The notes under the pieces: generated by a model
What the model saw: the letters and a program-made list of their open reading frames with translations, nothing else
The model's database searches: none
What the model was told of the DNA's origin: nothing
Made by a program: the position numbers and the translations under genes
Part shown: positions 21,608 through 32,030 of the stretch, piece after piece
How positions within the stretch are numbered: position 1 is the stretch's first letter
Layout of the letters: every line of letters starts with the position of its first letter
Assembly (NCBI GenBank): GCA_030167865.1
Contig: JALAGF010002306.1
Coordinates: 62,001-94,717 of the forward strand
Source: Craspedostauros australis
Lineage: Eukaryota
DNA: 32,717 nt
Reading direction: 5' to 3'

Positions 21608-23180
21608 TCAACCCTCAACCTTCTTGTCTCCAAAGTCCATTCCGCCTCGCTTGATGATTTCGACGGAGTAACCATCCGGATCGTACGCAAATGCAAGACC
21701 CTTCATTGATCCAGCATCGGGTTCCTGTTTTCGTCGTGGAAACGTTCATGATGGTATTCATGATTGCATTGAGTTGTAATGTCAACAGCGTGAAGACCAG
21801 CGGGGTGAGCTGCAGAATGGAGCATACACCGGCAAGCACCGTATACAAGGCAGGCACCTGGAGCTCGTTCATATGTGGTGCGCCTGCACGACTCTACTCT
21901 ACGCTGCGTTGCCATCAAATCAATTCCGACATCTGGCACAGCACACCCACACCCGCAGGCAGCATACAATTTGCAGCCTACGATTCGCAGCATGCAATTT
22001 CCAGAATACACGTGACACGCACCTTGCGAAACCCGTACCCCATGCCACGGAGGCCATCGCATGCCGCGTACACATCATCCACCAAGAAACCAATGTGCCC
22101 AAAGCCTTGCCGACCGGTCTCGTTGCCATTGTAGTGCTTGAAGTCGGCATCGTCCTCCGTGCCATGATTGTGCGTCAGCTCGAGCACAGGATGGAACATC
22201 TCCTTGTAGACGGCGCCATCTGGAATGACCGAGGAGGCCAGGAAGAACAGGGAGAAGTCCTTGTAGTGGCGTTCCGACAGCACCTTCATTCCCAACCGCT
22301 TGTAGAACTCCAGGCTCTTCTTGGGATCCTTGATGCGGATCATGGTCTGCGAGAAGGTCATCTCGTTCTCAATCTTGGCCTCCTCGCTGCGTTTCACAAT
22401 CTCCACCCAGTAGCCATCCGGATCGTACACGAACGCGAGGCCCTTCATGCGACCTTCATCCGGCTTCTTCTTGAACTCGCAGCCGGCGGTCTCGAGCTTG
22501 GCGCTCGTGGCGTACACATCCGCGACGTTGATGGCGATGTGACCGAATCCGTCCTTCTCCTTGTTGCCGACGTGGTATCCCTCGAACTTGTCATCCTTCT
22601 CGGTGCCGTGATTGTGCGTCAGCTCCAACGCCACGCCGTCCATGGACCACAGGTAATCGTGGGCGGCTTGCGTGCCGGGCGTGAGCTTGTACTCCTCGCC
22701 TTCGGGCAGCGTCGTGAGGAAGTAGAGGCTGAATTCGTACTGCGGGAAGTCGAGCTTGTCGATCAGAGTCATGCCCAGGAGGTCGGTGTAGAATGGCAGG
22801 GACTTGCTGGGGTCCTTGATGCGCAGCATGGTCTGCTGCCACGTGGGGCGGCCGGGGATCATCTCGACTGGTTTGTCATCGGTTGTTGCTGGGTCGGTGG
22901 ACATGTTGCGGTGTTGGGCGGTGCTTTCACAACGGTGGCTGTTCTTGGTGTTGCGCGATTTCCTGCTGTACTCGTACTGGCGGCTGATTGATTGACTTCG
23001 TGTCTGCCAAGCTTGCGATGCAATGGGTGAGGATGAACGTGGTTGCTTTGTCGTTGCTGTCGTGAGCGTGGACAGGAGATGCGTGACACCGACTTGGAAG
23101 TGACGAGCGTGAGATTGTGCGATGTTTGATTTGAGGAAGGATGATCTGGATGTTGTCCGCAAGGCTCGTTGGGTGAACAT
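21608..23180 (-). CDS. GLO1: Glyoxalase I (lactoylglutathione lyase), two-domain monomeric type, 2 exons
   Basis: Exons 23180-22023 and 21724-21608 (FRK/EPDAGSMKGLAFAYDPDGYSVEII). The motifs QTMxRIKDPxKSLxFY, LELTHNHGTE, GFGHI and DPDGYxVEI each occur twice. The start is either ATG 23180 (with presequence) or ATG 22904. Confidence 0.93.
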
Positions 23181-23263
23181 CTGGTTGGGTTTGCTTCGAG
23201 TTGGATTGGTGATGTTCCTCGTTTGGAGAGAAGTGTTGCGATGGGTTGTGGTGAATCGCTTCC

Positions 23264-23305
23264 GATTGTGTCGAATTGTGTCGAATTGTGTGGAATTGTG
23301 TTGGA
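23264..23305. repeat. 10-bp tandem repeat (TCGAATTGTG), about 4 copies
   Basis: gattgtg tcgaattgtg tcgaattgtg tggaattgtg ttgga, upstream of glyoxalase I. Confidence 0.8.
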
Positions 23306-23662
23306 TGCACAAGATCGCGACAACACGCAACGAAACTCTTCGTTTTTCCTTCGTGTCTCATGTTTGTGGACTGGAAAAGAAGGATCCGAGCTGGGTTCGT
23401 GATGACGTCGATACTTGTGTCAACTGAACATCACGCACATAGCCGCTCTCATCGAAGTCTATCCCGATTACTCTACCCTACATTATACTTGGCACGCACA
23501 CTTCGACATGTCGGTCTCGTGCGACCCATTATGCGTCTGATTTATATAATACTCTGCAGATAACTGATAGAATACTGAGAGACTCTAGTCGTAGTTGTAG
23601 GCGAATGACAATCGCAGAGCGCACGTATTAGGAGAGCCCGAGACCATCCATACATCCACAAG

Positions 23663-25543
23663 CTATGCTTTCTTGGTCTTGTCCTTGTCGCCATCCTTCT
23701 TGGGTGGCATTGGGAGGATGGTGAGAACACCGTACGACACGATGCCGATGACGTGACCGAAGAAGTAGAACGACTTCCACAGATCCCACGACCAGCTGTT
23801 GGCCAGCATGATGAAGGACGAGATGGTGTAGCACAGCACGCAGGCGTTCAGCATGGTGCACGCGATGCTGTACGGCGACAACGGGCTGTTCGAGAAGTAC
23901 GGCGAGATCTTCTTCTTGCCCAGTCGGTCGCAGAAGGTGTACAGCGGGATAGTGAGGAAGAACATGTAGTAGCCGGGGTAGAAGCCGTGCCAGAAGGCGC
24001 TCAGCGCGTACACGGCGAGGAGGTTGCCCCCGGTTCGCATGTACACGTACCGGCTCAGCCAGTTGGAGGTCTTCTTGTTCCAGGCCTTGCTGGCGCTCGA
24101 GACGTCTCCTGCCAGTTCGAAGCCGAGGATGTCCAGGTTGCAGGCGGCGTCCCATCCGATGGGCTCGCCCTTGTCGTTGAAACCGTCAAAGCCGGCGTAC
24201 CAGACGTTGTTGGCGCCCTCCGAGCACATCCATCCGAAGTAGTACTTGTTGCGGACGCCGAACATGCCGCACAGCAAGTATCCGAAGCGGTACAGGAATC
24301 CGTTCTGCAGGAACTCCTCCGTCAGCACGGTGGGCGTGTTGTTCTGTGGATCGACGGCGTCCAGTAGCGGGAGCGCACCGTTGATGGTGAAGAACAGGGC
24401 CATGTTGGTGAGGCACGCGAGGAATGCTCGCAGGGTGGGCCACACGTTGCTGGGGATCTTGCCCTTGGGGGTGCCATCGGGGTTGAAGAAGATGCTGCCG
24501 TCGCAGACTCTGGCGTAGATGCTGTACTCGGGTGCTGGTCCCGCAAGGCAGTTGGAGAAGCAGAACATGTAGCCGCAGAATTCGATGAAGCTTGGAATCT
24601 TCTTCAGCGCGAACTTGGAGCATTTCTTCGCGGCTCTGCTCGGATCTCCGCTCTCGATCGACGTGCCATCGAGGAGGTTGAAACCGATCATGTAAAGCTT
24701 TTGCGTGACGACCATCTGGGCCGACGTGAAGTCGAGATCCCATCCCAGGTAGTTGATGTACTGGCGGTGCAAGTGACCGAGCGTCATGTACGTCATCGCG
24801 AACACCGGTAGTGCAATGGTCAAGGTTTTACGTGGGAGGAGGAGGATCATGGCGTACGCCACGACCGTGCTGATGACCTGGTGGATCCACTGGACGCCGA
24901 GCGTGAACTGGAGCAGGAATGCGCCCAACAAAAATGAGAATGCGTGGCGCATGATGCCGAATGGCACCATGTTGATGATCATACCCAGAGGGTAGCACAT
25001 GAACATTGCGAGGACGTATGTCACGGTTTCAATGTCCATGCCGACCCCATCAGCCAGGCTTGCAACCTGCTCCGTCAGAACGGGAGGGACTGCGGTTGCA
25101 ATCGGTCAGGAGGGGTATGTGCATACGTATGCATGTGCACAGGATATGGTAGAATAGGAAAGGGCATGAATAGAGTACGTATTATAGATGAGGAAATGGT
25201 GTCAGCATGAGAAGGAACGAGGACTGGAATAATGACGATGGGTTGACGCCAACCTTTGGATGCCGTTTCATCAAGCTGTCACCGCCAAAATTACGCAACG
25301 AGAGAGAACAAGAGAGAGAGAGAGAGATGCTGCCCTTTCTGGGTGCAGTACTTCTGTTGCCTTCATGAAGGATGGTGCCGTGGATGGAGGTGGCTGGCAC
25401 CATCACAGCTTCCGGCCACGTATGTCACATCGCCGCTCCTGTCACTCACCCAAGATCACAGTCTTCTCGCAGAGTGGTTGGAAGGAGTAGATGAACTCCA
25501 GAGCGCCATCAATGACGGTCGTCACTGCTGAGGGGAGCTCCAT
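23663..25543 (-). CDS. LPCAT: MBOAT-family lysophospholipid acyltransferase (LPCAT/LPLAT), ~506 aa, 2 exons
   Basis: Exons 25543-25450 (MELPSAVTTVIDGALEFIY...) and 25089-23663, joined by a phase-1 GT-AG intron. Motifs: LAGP, KYYFGW, AWNKKTSNWLSRYVY, SAFWHGFYPGYY (catalytic His). C-terminal KTKKA is a KxKxx ER-retrieval signal. Confidence 0.92.
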
Positions 25544-27464
25544 GATGTCCACTTGACTTGATGACTGATGGGATTCTACTACTCAATTACTCAATGAGTG
25601 ACCCTTGAATGTTTGTTGGTATTTCGTGCTTACGCTTTGTTCAACAGAGTTGCACAAGTGCAGTCGCTTTTTCCACGAGACTGCTCTTTGTGGATGGATT
25701 GGCTGCTTTTGGTGTTGGTGGCAACCTCAACCAGGCGGACAGGAGGGTGGTGATGGTGGCGACAGTGATGTCTTTGTGCAGACTGGTGGGAGGTTGACAC
25801 GCGAGCGGAAGAAACAGATCTCGTCAAGAACGTGCGTGTGTTGTCACCACTACTTTGGTTGAGGTTTGGAGTTTTAATCCGAGGAGTCGAAGTATTGCGA
25901 AACAAATGTAGAGCAGACAATAACAAGCAATGGATGACAGTGTACCATGCACACCTGTGGCATAGAAATATAGTACTTCTGTCGCAGTCGTTGAGAGCTT
26001 CAAAACACTAAGAGGCTCATCTACAAGGAGTAGAGCACTTGGTTAAGATGGAGTACGACACGTACGCAACAGAGATCGGTTGCTCGGCTTCGACAACTTC
26101 AAGAGTACCAATACGTGTACTCCACGAGTACAACAATCTGTGCAGGCAAAGGTGTGAAAGCAAACGTGCGGGAAACGGGTGCTCTCGTTTTTGTAATGAC
26201 AGTTTCTTTGCCACTCCTCGCCTTTCCTTGTCACCATACCATACCGCATGGCACTCCTTTTATTTTTGGCTGTGATGCTCCGCACCGAGCCTGAGACCTT
26301 GCGACCGAGTTGTTTTCGTGGGCGGAGTGGCGCAGCAAAGCCCATCGTCTCCGGCTGAATCATGTTTCCGTCCACTTCCTCTCTTTGAGTTGCTCGTCCA
26401 AAATCATTTGTGTACCTACTCGTACGAGTACGTACAACAGAGACGGGGGACAGGACGATCGCAATAGTGCACAAAATATTATTCTCGCAAGGATGGAAAC
26501 GAGTCGAAATCAGAGGAGAGTCGAATAGAGCAGAGCAGAACAGAGTGCATACTATCACAATACACATCGCCAAGTATGAATGACTCTGTTCAAAATATAG
26601 TCGTATTACACCAATTGTCGTCACGTTGCTGTAGACTCTGTTCTGTGTTTTCTCCCTGCATCTACCTCCCTCTCTCTGTCTGGGGAGAGAAAGAGGCTAC
26701 CGGTATCAGCACACCATCGGCGACATCTGAACTTGGTATGGCATCGCATCGCGCTGGCTTGGCATGCTACGCTGTGCTTTTCCTCTCCATCTTTCCCCCC
26801 AAATAAATGGAGGGACACGGAGAGATGGGTGGAGCACACATGAATCGTTGTTTGGCACGTGACGACAACACAACACAACACAAAACAGAGCAGAGCGCGC
26901 CAAAACAAAACCAACAAAAGGCGAACAGTTGGTCGGACAAGAGTCACATTTCGGTGCATCTTATCCACGACTTGCAGCTGCACAAATTGAGACAAAGGCG
27001 ACGGAGTCATGCATAATTTCTTCGAAACGAAAGTTACCAACGAAATTCGAACCATCGCTTCGATCCAAAATGTGAACGTTTGGTTCTGCCCGCGCGCAAC
27101 GAACCGTCAACGGCACCATATGTTCATGTATACTCACAAATGAAAATCTAACGTCCCTCAAAGCCACCCTCATAATAACGACGGTTTGTCACTTATGGGA
27201 TATATGTCTGAACGTTGAAACGGCTAGCTTTTGATTCCAAACATTCATGACCTTCATCAACGTAGCAAAGTTATGTTGTTTGAACGCAACTCGCTGAAAC
27301 ACGTTTTCTTTTGGCAATTCTCGGGAAGCCAAAACCAACACACCAACAGGTGCATCTCGCCTGATTGGCGACTCAGTCCGATGGGAGACGCAGACCCAAA
27401 TGGCTGATGAACGTTGTTCCTCCTTTCCGAGCTTTCTGTCTTCGCCGAAGAGGGTTAACAAGCA

Positions 27465-27529
27465 TCAGCAGGAGTAACAGGAGTGACAGGAGTGACAGGA
27501 ATAGCAAGAATAACAGGAACAGCACCAGG
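27465..27529. repeat. Degenerate 9-bp minisatellite (CAGGAGTRA)n
   Basis: caggagtaa caggagtga caggagtga caggaatag caagaataa caggaacag, upstream of the cyclin gene. Confidence 0.75.
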
Positions 27530-27862
27530 CGAAAGCGCATCAAGCACCCCTCTTGACATGCTATCATCCAGAGCAGCGAAAGATCGCGCGAAGCGCCCAT
27601 CATCCATCCCAGAGAGTCCCACACCACTCAACTGAATCACAAAAACCGCCTCTGCTCACCAACAACGGACAACAAGAACACAGACACGACAATCAGCCAC
27701 GCACACACACGCACACGCACAAGCCTTCAGCCCAGCAACTATCCACACGCAGATCACAATCTTCCCAATCCAAACATCGGAAGAGCAACATTTCAGAAGA
27801 CAGAAAGAAAGTCACCATCACACTCTCTCAGCAACCGACCAACAGACCAACCAACAGCAATC

Positions 27863-30008
27863 ATGTTCAACCGACCAACCAACATCGTTCAGGGCCAGAA
27901 CACCATGGCCACCAACAACAACTCTCGCCGCGGAGCCTTCCGTGTGAGTGTCCACAACAGCGCAAAAACGATGCAACCATGGATCAAGTCAAAGTCAACG
28001 CCCAGCCAAGCAGTTGGAAGAGCAACGACAATGACATTGTGTACAAAACGATGCCTGAACTTGACCTGGATGAATGCAACCAGTGGAAGGAACACAAGCA
28101 GACAGGAAACAATCAGCCGCACGTGACGACCACTGCTATTGACGACAGCTCGATGACGATGACGATGAAAACGATGATGATCATGCGCAGTGGAACAAAG
28201 AGAGGCAGTGAACCAGGGAAGCAACAGAAATTACGATGGCAGTACAGCAGCACAGCACAACAGCGGAGTGGCATGCCCATGGAACAAATCGAAGCAACGC
28301 GATGACATTGGACGAGGCAGGCAATTGCCACTGCTGAAGTGATACCGAGCAACAATGCATCACATCATCAGGGCAATGCCAGTGAACATCCAAATCACCG
28401 ACAACGCGAACGATACTGTTGCATTCTTCCAGCTCCGCGCACAACAACAGATGCAGAAAAAACGCCAGCAATCGCACTCCACTTCACACAAGATCATTAT
28501 CATCGTCGTCATCGCAATCATCGCAAACATCATCACAGCTTGTCAACGAGGGCAACCACTTGGAGCATGGTTTCAACAATTGTCTTGTTGACGCAAACAG
28601 CGATTTCTCACGCATTCCACTTCTCTGCTTTTCATCCATCAACCTTTTTTCCATCTTCACCACTCTTTCGCACAACAGGACTTGACCAATGCCAACCGCA
28701 CAGTCCAACAGGGAGGAAAGCCAGGCGATGGCAGCGTCCTTCCAGAGAAGCGTGGTGCCCGTCACGATTTCGTGCCAACTCGTCAGGGATCCTTCCAGAC
28801 TCAGCACCAGCAGCCAGCATATGTCGTCGAGCAGCGTGACCCAGCCAACTTCAACATCATGCCTGTTGCCGAGACCCGCCAGCAGTTCATGCAGACCACG
28901 ACCGCGCCAACCATGCAGACCCAAGCCGGTGTCGTTCCAAACCCAACCAGCTACCAGTTCACTGGTCATGCTGACAACATCGATGAGCGCGATGCCGAGG
29001 ATCCATTGTGCGCCACCGACTACGTGCAGGACATGTACGAGCACTTCCGCGTGAAGGAGACCAGCACATCAGTCCGCCCATTGTACATGGAGAGCCAGCC
29101 ACACATCAACGAGCGCATGCGTGCCATCCTCGTTGACTGGCTCATCGAGGTCCACCTCAAGTTCAAGCTCGTCCCAGAGACCTTGTACCTCACCATCAAC
29201 CTCATCGATCGCTACCTCGAGCGCAAGGAAGTGTCGCGCCCAAAGCTCCAGCTTGTCGGAGTCACATCCCTCCTCATCGCATCCAAGTACGAGGAGATCT
29301 TTCCTCCGGAGCTCCGTGACCTCGTCTACATCTGCGACCGCGCCTACACACGCGCTGAGGTGAGTCCGAACACACGAGCAACATGCTCGCGCTGACTACT
29401 TTGCTGCTGCTGCTGGCTGCGACAATGCACCACTCGTGCGGTTTCGCGCCGTGGCGCACTGTGCCAATTATCAAGCATTCAAACTCACACATCGCATCTT
29501 CTTCGCACATACACACTCTGTCTCTCCCTCTCTGCACGCACACATGTGCTCAAACGAAATCAAACGAAATCGACCGCAAATCAACCACTTTCAGATCATC
29601 GAGATGGAAGAGAACATCCTCAAGACCCTTGAGTACGACATCACCATCCCAAGCGCCCACGCCTTCCTCGTCCGATACTTGAAGGCGGCCCATGCAGACA
29701 AGCGAATCGTGCAGCTTTCCTGCTACATCCTCGACGGCACCCTCCAGAGCTTCAACTTGCTCCACTACCTCCCAAGCCAGTTGGCAGCCGCAGCTGTCTA
29801 CGTGGCCCGCAGAACTGTGGGACGCAACTCCTGGAGCCCAACCCTCCTGAAGTACGCCGGGTACTGCGAGGAGGAGATCACGCCAGTGGCGCGCGCCGTC
29901 CTGGCGGAGAAGCGATCCTCTTCGCAGGAGCTCCGCGCTGTTGGTAAGAAGTACTCCAGCAGCCGGTACGGTGGTGTTGCCACCATCTCCATCGGCTGTG
30001 ACTTCTAA
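27863..30008 (+). CDS. CYCB1: Mitotic B-type cyclin, ~391 aa, 3 exons
   Basis: Exons 27863-27943, 28679-29359 and 29595-30008, with phase-0 GT-AG introns. Splicing creates the destruction box RGAFRDLTN. Cyclin box MRAILVDWLIEVHLKF (HxKF, B-type), LIASKYEE and EMEENILKTL. Confidence 0.9.
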
Positions 30009-31086
30009 ACGATCACAATATGACCGGGGTAACGTGTGATGTGGTCCGGCGAGGCAACACACACACACAGGCATATTCGAACACATTCGAACACAAGCAC
30101 GAATACAATTCCGTTCACCCCGAAGGTCGATTGGCGAAGAGATCGACGGGCACGGCGACCAGACAGCCCAACACACACACTCACAGGCAGCGCAACGACA
30201 AACGACGCGCCGACGGCCATCATCCACGCGACGAGCAGCCAGACAATCATGAACACAATGAGTGTTAACAGCGGCCCAGTCTCCAGATCGGCAACACGAC
30301 GAAGCCTCAGCAACAGTCAGGTGACTCTTTGGAAGAGCATCATGCACGCATGCAGGCGAATTAACCAGATCGCGACAACAAGAAGAACAGCGACAACAAC
30401 AACAACAGCAACAACGACAACCACAGTCGTGCGCCGTCATCACAAATCATTGTCACAATCAGACAAACGATGACACGAGGCGACGAAGCGGGGCTCATTT
30501 GCTTGACCCTCGCTAATCGACGCCGTCCAGCACTGCATTGGCGCCACAGAAGCAGCCGACAGCGCAGTTTGTGCACAACAATGACGACCATCGAGGGATC
30601 GCCATCAGCACACGCAGACAAGACACTAGCGACAGTTTTTAGCAGGCAGATGAATCGATCGAGATGAATGGTGCATTCGATGGACACAATTGGCTTTCGA
30701 ATGTAAGGATGGACAGAGCCTTGTTTCGTCTTCTTACCTTCACCGATTGAGCGAATCTGAATACAATACAACCATCGCACAATAACAACGAACTAAGAAC
30801 AACAATATTATCAAAAACATCGAGCATCGTTGATACCAGATACACCACCGTACAACGAATAGATACGGGATGCATAGAATCTGCAATGTGTGGACTGGTG
30901 TGAGAAAGTGTGGGAAGCCTAACTCTTCGTCTTTACTTCTATCCTCGACGTTCCGTTCGAAGCAGATGGTGATCGTTGCAGTGCAGTGACCCTTTGTCTC
31001 AGCATTTCATCGGTTTCAATGGTGACAAGCATGGAGTTCTTGTACATCATCCATTGGCTCCATCGAATGCTTGGTTCGCTTCTTCC

Positions 31087-31431
31087 TCAATTCCTTGACG
31101 AGTTGATGATCGTCGCGACCACCCCTGCGATGCCGCCGTCTCCCATGTTCGCTAGAACGAAGAAGTTGAATGCGATCAGCCCAAATCCGATCGCGGTCAG
31201 GCTAACGCTGTCCACGTCGTCGACGAGATCCACGCGAACCTTCTCGGGCTGCTTTTCCGGCATCTTCCGGCTTCGATCGATCTCATCCTCCGAGTATCCC
31301 AATGATCGCAACCGATCCTTGTCCTCCTCCTCAAGCCGCAACGACGACGAGGGTCTTTGGAATGCCGACGGCGTCACGAATGCGTTGCAAGAGGCGACTG
31401 CCAAGCACAAGAAAATCAGGACTGCCTTCAT
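31087..31431 (-). CDS. Small plastid-targeted membrane protein of unknown function (114 aa)
   Basis: ATG at 31431. Signal peptide MKAVLIFLCLAVASCNA-FVTP (ASAF-like), short S/R transit peptide, charged middle region and a C-terminal hydrophobic segment SLTAIGFGLIAFNFFVLAN. Confidence 0.8.
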   Translation of the reverse strand: MKAVLIFLCLAVASCNAFVTPSAFQRPSSSLRLEEEDKDRLRSLGYSEDEIDRSRKMPEKQPEKVRVDLVDDVDSVSLTAIGFGLIAFNFFVLANMGDGGIAGVVATIINSSRN

Positions 31432-31700
31432 CGTCACAGTAGTGTAGTATCGTATGGTATATACAAATCAGTATTTTTAATGTGGTCGTAGTTGTTATTG
31501 TCGTTCAACAGGTGTACGGGAAGGTAGGTTCCTCGAGAGACGGACAGAGAGAATGACAAGAATAACAATGATGATGATGACAGGCGAAGGAGTGAAAGGT
31601 TGGATGATGTCAATGGAGGGAGATGTTCGTGTCCTGCTTGTGTCTGGGGTGTCGTGCGTGTCTCTTGTGCGTTGAATGTTGAATCGTCCAAGATTTGGCG

Positions 31701-31718
31701 CGAGATGACGTCATCTCG
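31701..31718. promoter_or_regulatory. Perfect 18-bp palindrome centred on TGACGTCA (candidate bZIP site)
   Basis: cgagatgacgtcatctcg is its own reverse complement. It lies between the divergent starts at 31431 and 32031. Confidence 0.4.
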
Positions 31719-32030
31719 TCGCGAATATATAGTCGAATGAGTCGATCGACGCAACGGTGTCAACACACAAAGAGAGAGAAAGAGAAGACCATGCGACCAA
31801 GACAACAGCACACACCACTCAACCCCCTACTCGAACACGCCAACAACAGACATCGAATTGCCACTCAGGCTCATCACACAGCGAATAGTAATCATCCTAA
31901 TGCAAGCTATTGAAGACACACCATCGACATCTCTGCCATAGGTAGCTCCAACTACACACTTCCTCGACAGCCAATCCAACACCAATCGTCCAACACCAAT
32001 CGTCCAGCAACCATCGACCATCCTCTCAAA

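Noticed and set aside
12750-23180. PrxQ, VDL1 and glyoxalase I as a stress-response gene cluster
   Set aside because: They are interspersed with unrelated genes on mixed strands, and nothing in the sequence shows co-regulation.
27553-28305. 250-aa ORF upstream of and overlapping cyclin exon 1
   Set aside because: Low-complexity CA-rich UTR and intron sequence, out of frame with the supported exon.
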